DNA from: Heptranchias perlo
Lineage: Eukaryota
Direction of reading: 5' to 3'
Length of the DNA: 64,000 bases
Assembly (NCBI RefSeq): GCF_035084215.1
Contig: NC_090332.1
Coordinates: 46,438,001-46,502,000, forward strand
Positions 25,010 through 35,599 of this stretch are shown here, piece by piece. A model generated the notes under the pieces. The model was not told the origin of the DNA. It worked only from the letters and a program-made list of their open reading frames with translations, and searched no databases. How positions within the stretch are numbered: position 1 is the first letter of the stretch; each line of letters starts with the position of its first letter. The translations under genes were made by a program, and so were the position numbers.

Positions 25010-26587
25010 CTAACAGTAAATTTAGAAAAAAACCATCTCATGAGTATGACTCAGACTCAATCACCTATAGTCACAATTTATTCTACTCAACTGTTACACT
25101 AACACGAGCTCAAAACCCATCAAATCTAATGCTTATGAATCCCTTTCAGGCAGGAAATAATGTAACTTGCATAAAACTGCATATGAAGCACTTAAATCAG
25201 TCAGTAAGTTGTTATCCTGGAATAATGCATTGAAATCTCACTGAAGGCAGAAAGGTTGGGGGAAAATGGAAAGAGAGAAAACAAAATAAAAAATGCAAAA
25301 AAAAGGTATTAAGATACTTTAGTGCTGTTTTTCCAAATTCTGTTAATTGAACCAGGATGAGTTACTGACCACTGTAGTAGCCCTAATTCTCACTGAAGTC
25401 TTTGACACACTGCGATTATTTACCAAAACCAGCATATTCACCACTCAGTGACTTGAAGAGCCATTTTGGAGTAAGTTAGTATATTTTCAGTTCAAAAGAC
25501 AAATCTTTTTGCCTCTGGAGCCAAGAAGCTCATTTCTAAAAAAAGTAAACCCTTCCCCTCTGTACCAGAAAGTAACAGTCCCAAACTTAGACATCTTTGT
25601 AAAAAAGGAAATGCACAAACCCTCGCCCTGTCTAAGCACATCTCTCTGAAAAGTCCCTCCCAGGTCCAAGTCTTTTCACTGGCCATGGCAGCTCCTCAAC
25701 CCCACTATATACTTCTATAAAATACAATTCATAACATCATAAACCTGAAACATTAAAAGAATTCTCATGCAAAAATCATACATTTACCAATACCATAATA
25801 AAATTCCTGAACCACTCTCTTATAGACACAGACTTTTTCCTGGACCTCCTGTTTTTCACTCAGGCATTTCCAGAATGACTTTCCAGTTTCTATGCAGGGT
25901 TAGCACCCCTCAAACCTTCCTATGGGATGTCTGTGCATAAACAAGCCTTCAAATACCCCTCATTGCCACTTTGCACTGTCCTTCTCTACCACTCCTCACC
26001 ATGAAATCCTCCCAACAATTTCTCCTGGTAGCCACCATCTCAATAGAATGGGAGCTTTGAGCACACTACAAACAGTTAATCTGACATACCATTCTATTCC
26101 AGAAATACGTGCCCCTCTCTATGCCTTTATATTTTCCAAAGCAAGTTTCCATGCCTTGGTGACATGCCACTTGAAAAACACACTAAGCTGCATTTGTCAT
26201 TAACTTTTCAACACCAACTTTAATGCAGACTCTTTTCTTCCTTGATACTCAAATGGCAACAACATGCATTTTAATCCTCCTCTTCAAATAAAGTTCCAAC
26301 CCCACCTATACTCTCCCACTGCATACAGCCTACTACACCCAGTGTCTCTCCCTTCCTGTCATTGCATCAGCACAACCTCTGACTCACCATGAAGAATGCC
26401 AAGGGAGGTCAAATAAATTTTAAAATGTGTCTAATTCTAGGGAACTGATTTGTTTGTAATAGCCGTATGACTATTAATGCACTGTCTGCTGGCTGGCTTG
26501 ATGTGGAGATGCCGGTGATGGACTGGGGTGGACAAATGTAAGGAATCTTACAACACCAGGTTATAGTCCAACAAATTTATTTTAAAA

Positions 26588-26624
26588 TCACAAGCTTTCG
26601 GAGATTATCTCCTTCGTCAGATGA
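26588..26624 (-). ncRNA. Minimal type I hammerhead ribozyme (intact core) in the PLE 3' pseudo-LTR
   Basis: Minus-strand RNA UCAU-CUGACGA-A-GGAGA-UAA-UCUCC-GAAA-GC-UU-GUGA: CUGANGA and GAAA core, 5-bp stem II, palindromic AAGCUU stem III, stem I UCAU/GUGA. Confidence 0.75.
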
Positions 26625-26858
26625 ATGAATGAAAAGGTTCTCAAATCGCATATCTTATACTATGTTGGGACAGCATCACACCAATCAAAAGGTGTCGTTG
26701 TTATTCAAACAGGCCAGTCACAGAGAACAGCACGTCCCAGTACACTCGATATACATTGTGTCTTTTACACAGGCAGGCAGAAAGAAACTCAAAATGGTAG
26801 AGAGAGAGAGAGAATTTTAAAAAACATATAAATTTTTCCCCCCTTTTTGCTGGTGGGG

Positions 26859-29465
26859 TTACGTGTAGCGTGACATGAACCCAAGATCCCGGTTGAGGCC
26901 GTCCTCATGGGTGCGGAACTTGGCTATCAACTTCTGCTCGACGATTTTGCATTGTCGTGTGTCTCGAAGGCCGCCTTGGAGAACGCTTACCCGAAGATCG
27001 GTGGCTGAATGTCCTTGACTGCTAAAGTGTTCCCCGACTGGGAGGGAACCTTCCTGTTTGGCGATTGTTGCGCGGTGTCCGTTCATCCGTTGTCGCAGCG
27101 TCTGCATGGTCTCGCCAATGTACCATGCTCCTGGGCATCCTTTCCTGCAACGTATGAGGTAAACAACGTTGGCCGAGTCACAGGAGTATGAACCATGTAC
27201 CTGGTGGGTGGTGTCCTCTCGTGTGATGGTGGTATCCGTGTCGATGATCTGGCAAGTCTTGCAGAGGTTGCCGTGGCAGGGTTGTGTGGTGTCGTGGACG
27301 CTGTTCTCCTGAAAACTGGGTAACTTGCTGCGAACGATGGTCTGTTTGAGGTTGGGTGGCTGTTTAAAGGCGAGCAGTGGAGGCGTGGGGATGGCCTTAG
27401 CGAGGTGTTCATCGTCATCGATGACATGTTGAAGGCTGCGGAGAACATGGTGTAGTTTCTCCGCTCCAGGGAAGTACTGGACGACGAAGGGTACTCCGTT
27501 GGTTGCGTCCCGTGTTTGTCTTCTGAGGAGGTCTATGCGATTCTTCGCTGTGGCCCGTCGGAACGGTCGATCGACAAGTCGAGCGTCATATCCCGTTCTT
27601 ACGAGGGCGTCTTTCAGCGTCTGTAGGTGTCCATCGCGTTCCTCCTCGTCTGAGCAGATCCTGTGTATTCGTAGGGCCTGTCCATAGGGGATGGCCTCTT
27701 TGACGTGGTTGGGGTGGAAGCTGGAAAAGTGGAGCATCGTGAGGTTGTCCGTGGGCTTGCGGTAGAGTGAGGTGCTGAGGTGCCCGTCTTTGATGGAGAT
27801 TTGTGTGTCCAAGAAAGAAACCGATTCTGAGGAGTAGTCCATGGTGAGTTTGATGGTGGGATGGAACTTGTTGATGTTATCGTGTAGTCTCTTCAGTGAT
27901 TCTTCGCCGTGGGTCCATAGGAAGAAAATGTCGTCGATGTATCTGGTGTATAGCGTTGGTTGGAGGTCCTGTGCAGTGAAGAAGTCGTGCTCGAACTTGT
28001 GCATGAAAATGTTGGCGTATTGGGGTGCAAATTTGGTCCCCATGGCTGTTCCGTGTGTTTGGGTAAAGAACTGGTTATTGAAGGTGAAGACATTGTGATC
28101 CAGGATGAAGCGGATGAGTTGTAGGATGGCGTCTGGAGATTGGCTGTTGTTGGTGTTGAGTACTGAGGCTGTTGCAGCGATGCCGTCATCGTGGGGGATA
28201 CTGGTGTATAGTGCCGAGACGTCCATCGTGGTGAGAAGTGTTCCTGGTTCAACTGGTCCGTGGGTGCTGAGTTTTTGTAGGAAGTCTGTAGTGTCGCGAC
28301 AGAAGCTGGGGGTTCCCTGTACGATGGGTTTCAGGATGCCCTCGACGTATCCAGAGAGGTTCTCACACAGGGTTCCGTTGCCTGATACGATAGGACGTCC
28401 AGGTGTGTTGGCTTTGTGTATCTTTGGGAGGCAGTAGAAGTCTCCCACGCGGGGAGTACGTGGGATGAGAGTGCGTAGGATGCTTTGAAGGTCTGGATCG
28501 AAGGTCTTGATCAGTTTGTTGAGCTGGTGGGTGTGTTCTTTGGTCGGATCTGCGGGTAACCGTCTGTAGTGTTCCTGGTTGTCCAGTTGTCGGTATGCTT
28601 CTTTGCAATAGTCCGTTCTGTTCTGTATGACAATGGCTCCTCCTTTGTCCGCTGGTTTGATGACGATGTTTCGGTTGGTCTTGAGAGCGTTGATGGCGTT
28701 GCGTTGTGCTCGGGTGACATTCTGGACTGTCTTCTGAGTGCGCCTGATGAATCTGGCATTGACGCATTTCCTGACAGCTTGGGCATACATGTCAAGCTGA
28801 GGGTAGCGACCCTCCGGAGGAGTCCAGTTTGACTCTTTCCTCTTCGGTTGCTGTACCGTGGATCCCTCTGTCTGCTGTTCTGGATCATTGATTGTCTCAT
28901 TGGGTTCACTGTTGAAATCTTGGGGTTTGTGGTAAAATTCCCGAAGCCTCATTCTCCTGATGAATTCCTCTGTGTCCGCCGCGAGACCGATGCGGTCCAT
29001 TTTGGTGGTGGGGCAGAAATTGAGCCCTCGGCTGAGAACCTCGATTTCGTCTGGTTGAAGGGTGTGGTCGGACAAATTGATGATTGACTTCCCTGTGGTT
29101 GTAACCGTGGTACCGGGGGAGGCTTGATTGATGCTGGTGGTGATGCCGAGTTTCTCAAGCTTCCTGCTCTTGGTTTTCATGTAGGAAGTGTAGTTCCGTT
29201 GCCTCGTCTGTTTGGCGGTATATCGTAGCTGGTCTGCTGTGTCCTGAGTACAGGTTGAGAGTATGGACTCTATCTTGGTTTCGAGGTTGTGGCGTCTGCT
29301 GTAGAGTTGGTGTATGAGATGGTTGCAGAGTGTGCGAGAGGTACGGCGGCAGAGTCGCTCAGCGTAATCCGAGTTGTATGTGGACTTGAGTGGGTTCTTG
29401 ATCTGTAGTCCTTTCGGGATCTTGTCTGCTTTCTTGCAGCTCTGTAAAAACTTGATGTCACCCAT
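26859..29465 (-). CDS. Penelope-like reverse transcriptase / GIY-YIG endonuclease, 868 aa, uninterrupted
   Basis: IKPADKGG, LPKIHK..PGRPIVS, MDVSALYTSI, GTAMG, RYIDD, SLYRKPT; C-terminal NVVYLIRC...YIGET GIY-YIG domain with a preceding Cys-rich motif. Confidence 0.93.
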   Translation of the reverse strand: MGDIKFLQSCKKADKIPKGLQIKNPLKSTYNSDYAERLCRRTSRTLCNHLIHQLYSRRHNLETKIESILSTCTQDTADQLRYTAKQTRQRNYTSYMKTKSRKLEKLGITTSINQASPGTTVTTTGKSIINLSDHTLQPDEIEVLSRGLNFCPTTKMDRIGLAADTEEFIRRMRLREFYHKPQDFNSEPNETINDPEQQTEGSTVQQPKRKESNWTPPEGRYPQLDMYAQAVRKCVNARFIRRTQKTVQNVTRAQRNAINALKTNRNIVIKPADKGGAIVIQNRTDYCKEAYRQLDNQEHYRRLPADPTKEHTHQLNKLIKTFDPDLQSILRTLIPRTPRVGDFYCLPKIHKANTPGRPIVSGNGTLCENLSGYVEGILKPIVQGTPSFCRDTTDFLQKLSTHGPVEPGTLLTTMDVSALYTSIPHDDGIAATASVLNTNNSQSPDAILQLIRFILDHNVFTFNNQFFTQTHGTAMGTKFAPQYANIFMHKFEHDFFTAQDLQPTLYTRYIDDIFFLWTHGEESLKRLHDNINKFHPTIKLTMDYSSESVSFLDTQISIKDGHLSTSLYRKPTDNLTMLHFSSFHPNHVKEAIPYGQALRIHRICSDEEERDGHLQTLKDALVRTGYDARLVDRPFRRATAKNRIDLLRRQTRDATNGVPFVVQYFPGAEKLHHVLRSLQHVIDDDEHLAKAIPTPPLLAFKQPPNLKQTIVRSKLPSFQENSVHDTTQPCHGNLCKTCQIIDTDTTITREDTTHQVHGSYSCDSANVVYLIRCRKGCPGAWYIGETMQTLRQRMNGHRATIAKQEGSLPVGEHFSSQGHSATDLRVSVLQGGLRDTRQCKIVEQKLIAKFRTHEDGLNRDLGFMSRYT

Positions 29466-29747
29466 GAGGACGGCCTCAACCGGGATCTTGGGTTCATGTC
29501 ACGCTACACGTAACCCCACCAGCAAAAAGGGGGAAAAAATTTATATGTTTTTTAAAATTCTCTCTCTCTCTCTGCCATTTTGAGTTTCTTTCTGCCTGCC
29601 TGTGCAAAAGACACAATGTATATCGAGTGTACTGGGACGTGCTGTTCTCCGTGACTGGCCTGTTTGAATAACAACGACACCTTTTGATTGGTGTGATGCT
29701 GTCCCAACATCGTATAAGATATGCGATTTGAGAACCTTTTCATTCAT

Positions 29748-29784
29748 TCATCTGACAAAGGAGATAATCTCCGAAAGCTTGTGA
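29748..29784 (+). ncRNA. Hammerhead ribozyme copy with core mutation (CUGACAA, G8A) in the inverted pseudo-LTR
   Basis: TCAT CTGACAA A GGAGA TAA TCTCC GAAA GCTT GTGA; differs from the other copy only at 29757. Confidence 0.65.
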
Positions 29785-30898
29785 TTTTAAAATAAATTTG
29801 TTGGACTATAACCTGGTGTTGTAAGATTCCTTGCTGGCTGGCTAGCAGGGACCAATCAGATGCAAAAGTTGGTATATGATGGCCATCATCTCAGAAGCTT
29901 TCCAAACTTGCAGCTTCTTAGCCCCAGGTCCTGTTCTTCTTCATGTTCCAATCCATTGTAGCTATTGAGGCCACCCTTCCCTTTCAATCCCTGGTAGGTT
30001 ATTAAGCCTACTCACTCAAAAGTTTCAGGCTTCAACTCTGCTGAAATCAATATTTACTCAATACTTTTAAACTGCATATATAAAACACACTAATATATGC
30101 TGCTAGTATGTTTTTGTATCAAGATCATTTTGTGCTATTTTATTATTCTTCTGATAGACAATAGTGGCATTTGGTGGAATCCACAAAAAGACAAATAAAA
30201 TTTTACCAAAATATAATACGCTCAGCAGTATGGGACAGGATTCAGGGATGAGTATATAGAGGGAGTGTGACTAAATAAAAAAAATCAGTTATTTTGGGGG
30301 GGGGGGGGGGGTGGCGGGGAGGGCAGGTTACACATGTGCAAGCAAGGGAAAGATTGTAAGAATGACAGACTATGTTTTGTCCATAAGCAACAATTCAGGA
30401 GATCAACTATTTACTATATGAATTTTATTTTGTCTAAAATAATTATGTTTGTTAGCCATGGAGTAAATGGCCATTAAATTATTGAAGTTAGAGTTTTCAA
30501 TTAAAGTAGGGAGTCTCGCCCACAAAGCACAGCTAAGCTCATTTCCTTTTGTGTGGATATTTCATTTGTCATTTGCCCTAGTTGACTTTGTGGGCTGAGA
30601 GGTTTAAAAAGGCTGTTTTTTAGTAGTTCTCTCACTGATGGGTAAATCTAAGCCAGAAAAGCCAAGATCTATATCTACAGGTTTAGATGTATGCAAATTA
30701 ACGGGAACATTGATTTAAGCTTTACATGGTTCCTAAGGATCTATAGTAAGCACTTATGTGGCCCACGAAGACAAAAGTACACTGCTCCTTTAATACTTTT
30801 CCATGTACTGGTTTTAACATGTTATATGATTAATATCCAGAGATCTGTAGAGAACACATTAGAATTGCTACTTTCACAAAGGGTGGGGTTTGAAATAC

Positions 30899-31027
30899 CT
30901 GTTTCAGTTGTATCATTGTTAGTGTAAAGAGAGTAACAAACTGTTCTTCATACTGGCTGACGCTCACTCCAGCTATCTCTGTCAGGCACTTCAGGGTCAC
31001 ATTTCTGAACATGGGCACATTCAGAAA
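30899..31027 (-). CDS. XPO1: Exportin-1 exon 10
   Basis: FLNVPMFRNVTLKCLTEIAGVSVSQYEEQFVTLFTLTMIQLKQ; tag|TTT ... CAG|gtatt; 129 nt. Confidence 0.97.
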
Positions 31028-31120
31028 CTATATAAAAAAACAAAACACGTTATTTAGTTACACCTATAGTTTCTCATTTAAGGATCTTTTGCAGATCTGG
31101 AATATAAAGGATACACATAC

Positions 31121-31240
31121 CTTATAGATCAGTGTGCTAATTAGCTTTGTTTCAAAGATATACCCAAGCGGAATCCAATTTAAGAATCTCAGCAATGTTT
31201 CCAAGGTTGCTTGAACAAGAGGTGCATTTTGAGAGTTTTC
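31121..31240 (-). CDS. XPO1: Exportin-1 exon 9
   Basis: ENSQNAPLVQATLETLLRFLNWIPLGYIFETKLISTLIYK; cag|GAA ... AAG|gtatg; 120 nt. Confidence 0.97.
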
Positions 31241-31328
31241 CTGCAGCCAAAAAAAAATGTTTGATGAAATCTGCCTGAATTAAAATGAAAAAGACAGGGT
31301 TTTAAAAGATGACAAATTCCTTATTTAC

Positions 31329-31377
31329 CATGACAAACTGGCATAGCTGGAATATCTGAGAGAATTCATTGCACATG
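31329..31377 (-). CDS. XPO1: Exportin-1 exon 8
   Basis: (S)MCNEFSQIFQLCQFVM; cag|C ... ATG|gtaaa; 49 nt. Confidence 0.97.
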
Positions 31378-31485
31378 CTGCAAAGAAACAAGACGTCACT
31401 AATCAAGTAACTGGAATAAAAATTTTTTTTTTTTAAAAACCTCAAACAATATTAACTTTAATAAAATGCAATTTCCAGTTTTTAC

Positions 31486-31667
31486 CTGTCCTTCAGATGT
31501 TTTGCTTTAACTTGGGTCATCTGCCCACTGGAGAAGTCAAACACCTCCTCACTCAGCAATTTTAGAATAATCATGTTGTTCTGACACAAGCTCTCGCTGG
31601 TTCTACTTGCGCCTACAATGTCACTGATGAATGTGGGCCAGTGTTTTGGCCATTCTTGTTTCAGTAT
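31486..31667 (-). CDS. XPO1: Exportin-1 exon 7
   Basis: [32 protein letters not shown]...AKHLKD; tag|ATA ... AG|gtaaa; 182 nt. Confidence 0.97.
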
Positions 31668-33054
31668 CTACGTGTAAATAACCATAAACAGTTAAATACG
31701 TTGTGCAAAATCATAGATCTTAAAAAAAAAGCTTAAAATAGCTAACATTTTCCTCCAGTTGATCCAAATTAGCCAACATTTTGAGCCAAAAGGGTGCCAG
31801 AAATCTGATGCCACAGGCCAACCTGAAGCACATCCAGACATAAAAAAGAACCTTCCTTCTTAGTTTATAAATCTGATCAAAGTGTTGCCTGTCTAGAAGT
31901 GCAGAATCCTAGTTAACAGGAACTTGAAAACCTATCTAGGTGATCCATCCCATGCAAAACTTGGGCCAATTTATGTTCTGCTAGGATCTCCATCTCAAAG
32001 TTAGGTAGAAGCCAGGTTCAAGCTCACTAAGACATTTGCAATCAACTTAGGTTTTTTTTAAAAACACAAGTTCTTTGTACTAAGAAATACCTCCACTCAC
32101 TCAGCACCTGGTGATAACCACTATCTGTTCCAGTAGCTAAAGCCAAGCGTTTATTTTCTAGTACCAGCCAGTACAGTGTGTTTTTGGCACAACATCACAA
32201 AAAAAAATTCAATTATCACATTTGAGGCACAAGAGACAGGAAGGTGTATTGACAATCAGTACTAAAATGGTCAACACATATGGCCTATTAGCATTAAGTT
32301 TGCCTTTTGTGCAACACCCACTTCTGCTGCAACAGTTAGAGTTCCAATTTAAGCCTTTAAAGTCAAGTCTTGGTAGAGGTGATAACCTGCTGCTCATGCA
32401 AAATTATCTTGTTTGTGAAGGAAAGTCAGGGTTAGTGAACCTCCAACCACCAACGGAGCAGGTTTGCAGGATTTGTTTATACTTTGGACCCAATTCCTTC
32501 CAATTTGGCACAAAGTTCAATCTGATGTGGGAAGAGATGCCCAACTCTACTTTGCACCAACGTGAAAAGATTAAACAGGGAATATAAGCACCAGGAATGA
32601 ATGGTTACATTCAGTACAGAATTTAGATCTTGTTGTAATAGAAAACTTACTGCCACTCCCCACCAGCACCAACCCCCCCAACCCAAAAAAAAACAGAACT
32701 CAACTAGATGGCAACACTGGAGAGTAAAACAAAAAATGCTTGGGGAGAATCCTCGTTATAGAGCATAAAAGAGTCAACATTATCAAAAATATCAGGCTAT
32801 GCTCAATTTGTAACCTAGGCTTACACCTACTGCACGTTAACGTGGAGGATGCTGAACAAAGAATACTCCATGATCTACTATATACCTCCAGCATCTTGTT
32901 AAGTTCAATGTATAAAATAAGTGAGAACAAGAAGCTATCACATTCCTTTTCAAACATATACTTTATTATATTGCTGGAATAATGAAGTTTAGAAATATAC
33001 ACATACTTAAAAGTACTGTCAATGAACCTACTCACAAAGCATCTTCGATCTCAC

Positions 33055-33099
33055 CTGAACCAAAATCATGTTTAGTTTTCCAATGTAAACCTTCTCCTT
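33055..33099 (-). CDS. XPO1: Exportin-1 exon 6
   Basis: KEKVYIGKLNMILVQ; ttttag|AAG ... CAG|gtgag; 45 nt. Confidence 0.97.
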
Positions 33100-33193
33100 C
33101 TAAAACAAAAATAAATAACTCAGTAAACAATAATTATAGGCTGAAATCAGAAAGGAGAGTCTATGCGTAGTACAACTTGACGTGAAAACTTAC

Positions 33194-33255
33194 CTCAATG
33201 TTAACAGGATCAGATGACGTCTTAATAATCAATCCAACAACATATTTTTTAATAC
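33194..33255 (-). CDS. XPO1: Exportin-1 exon 5
   Basis: (G)IKKYVVGLIIKTSSDPVNIE; ttag|GT ... GAG|gtaag; 62 nt. Confidence 0.97.
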
Positions 33256-33548
33256 CTAAATGCGGTGGGAAATAAAAACCAAGTCACTAAGCAATGTAGG
33301 TGGTTTATTCATTAGTAGCAATTACGTTAGTTAATATTTTCATCCATAAAAATTAAACAACAGACCCCACCCCTCCCATAGACTGTTTTTAATAGTCACA
33401 CATACAAAAAGTGCTTTACATATAGCTCTAATTATCTATTCATGAGTGATCCATTTCCATATGTTGTCTTAGTGGAGTTTAGTGCTGCAAGGGGACCTCA
33501 CTTCCCAAAATTCTAAATGCGGCGCAGTGATGAAGTAAACGAGCTGTT

Positions 33549-33852
33549 TGAAAATACAATAATGTTTTAAATTTATTTAACAGGCTGTCCTGATCATTTT
33601 AATTCAGATTTTTTTCCTCCCTTTGAGTACTGATAACTCATTTTATCCCATCACACCACCATTTATCAGTTATAATAAACAGTACACTACACTTTCACCA
33701 TTTTACAGGTTCCTAAATCTGAAAATCAGCTGATTCATGTTTAAGACAAAATTAATAGTCAACTTAAGGGTTAGGTCACAACCAGGAATGGCATGTCTAC
33801 CATTATGTGAAGTTGCACAATGAAGCTCAAGCAGTGCTCCATCTTGTATACA
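33549..33852 (+). repeat. Direct repeat copy 1 (304 bp)
   Basis: TGAAAATACAATAATG...CCATCTTGTATACA; near-identical to 34522-34834. Confidence 0.95.
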
Positions 33853-33907
33853 TTTCAAATCAATGCAATAAACATATTTACAATAGAGATTTGGTTGTCC
33901 TTTTACA

Positions 33908-34521
33908 ATAAACACAAAAAGTTAGCACGCAGGTACAGCAAGCAATTAGGAAGGCAAATGGTAAGTTGGCCTTTATTGCAAGGGGGCTGGAGTAAGGAAG
34001 TCTTGCTACCATTGTACAGGGCTTTGGTGAGCCCACACCTGAGTACTGTGTACAGTTTTGGTCTCCTTATCAAAAGGAAGGATATACTTGCCTTACAGGC
34101 AGTGCAACGAAAGTTCACTAGATTAATTCCTGGGATGAGAAGGTTGTCCTATGAGGAGAGATTGAATAGAAAGAGCCTATATTCTCTGGAGTTTAGAAGA
34201 ATTAGAAGAATGAGAGGTGATCTCATTGAAACACAAGATTCTGAGAGGGCTTGACAGGGTAGATGCTAAGGCTGTTTTCCCTGGCTGGAGAGTCTAGAAC
34301 TAGGGGGCATAGTCTCAGGCCATTTAAGACCGATATGGGGAGGAATTTCTTCACTCAGGGTTGTGAATCTTTGGAATTCTCTACGCCAGAGAGCTGTAGA
34401 TGCTGAGTCGTTGAGTATATTCAAGGCTAAGATAGATAGATAGATTTTTGGACTCTAAGGGAATCAATGGATATGGGGATCAGGCAGGAAAAGTGGAGTG
34501 CTCCTATTTCTTATGTAATAA
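33908..34521 (+). mobile_element. 5'-truncated CR1 LINE
   Basis: LYRALVSPHL, KDILALQAVQRKFTRLIPGM; 3' end CTCCTATTTCTTATGT. Confidence 0.9.
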
Positions 34522-34834
34522 TGAAAATACAATAATGTTTTAAATTTAACAGGCTGTCCTGATCATTTTAATTCAGATTTTTTTCCTCCCTTTGAGTACT
34601 GATAAGCTAGGTATTAACTCATTTTAATCCCACCACACCACCATTTATCAGTTATAATAAACAGTACACTACACTTTCACCATTTTACAGGTTCCTAAAT
34701 CTGAAAATCAGCTGATTCATGTTGAAGACAAAATTAATAGTCAACTTAAGGGTTAGGTCACAACCAGGAATGGCATGTCTACCATTATGTGAAGTTGCAC
34801 AATGAAGCTCAAGCAGTGCTCCATCTTGTATACA
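34522..34834 (+). repeat. Direct repeat copy 2 (313 bp)
   Basis: Same sequence with small indels. Confidence 0.95.
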
Positions 34835-34939
34835 GTTTCCCCAACATGCACAGGGATATGGCAGCACCAATCTTGTTATTTCCAAAGTTTTAAAAAAAAC
34901 TGAAAACCTGCAGAAGATGTTGACATCTTTCAAAACTAA

Positions 34940-35150
34940 TCACATTTTCACTTGGACAGATATCACCATTCCTTCATCACTGGATTAAAATCCCAGGATT
35001 CCCTACCTAACACCATGGAAGCACCCTCAGCATAACGACCATAGCGTTTCACGGAGAAGGCCCACGATCACCTTTCCAGGGCAACTAAGGACTGGCAATA
35101 AGATGTAGTTTTGCCAGTGTCACCCACATACCAAGAACAAATGAAAAAAA
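34940..35150 (+). mobile_element. Family B LINE 3' fragment
   Basis: CCAGGGCAACTAAGGACTGGCAATAAGATG..CACCCACAT..A-tail. Confidence 0.7.
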
Positions 35151-35599
35151 ATTTCATTACAGATTCTGATTTGACATATAATTCTCTCAGCTCCCTCGAA
35201 TGTCAGAACAACTGCTCAGCTGACATGACCAATATGGCAAAGAAACTGCAGGCACCATCATAATCAGTTACGCATGGCTCAGAGGATAGATACACTGCTA
35301 AGCCATACACACCAAGATGATTTCAGGTTCAAATCCCACTCAGTGCTGGCTTAGCTGACTTCAGGGTACTGCAATTGGTCTCAATGCTCCTACCACAAAA
35401 TGGTCAGATAGACAGCAGGTAAAAATATATATGTAAGGCTTGAGCCCCCCCCCCCCCCCCCCACCCTGTTCCCTCCAGAAACATGGCCTGCCAACACCAA
35501 GTCTCAACTCTCTTGAAAAATGGTCAGTTGGCAAGATGCAAGAGGGTTGTCAATATCCATTCAACTAGAACCCAGAATATGCCAGTCCCTTTCAGCAGA

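Larger units (their letters stand above)
26499..29832 (-). mobile_element. Penelope-like retroelement (PLE) with inverted 5' pseudo-LTR, in XPO1 intron 10
   Basis: RT+GIY-YIG ORF; 374-bp inverted repeats 26540-26913 / 29459-29832; flanked by direct repeat GCTGGCTGGCT at 26488-26498 and 29833-29843. Confidence 0.95.

Noticed and set aside
26625-26831. Twin small ORFs MNEKVLKSH (also 29541-29747)
   Set aside because: By-products of the inverted repeat, antisense to the element's UTR
27009-29158. Many overlapping alternative-frame and antisense ORFs within the Penelope ORF
   Set aside because: Expected shadow ORFs of a GC-rich coding sequence; no recognisable motifs
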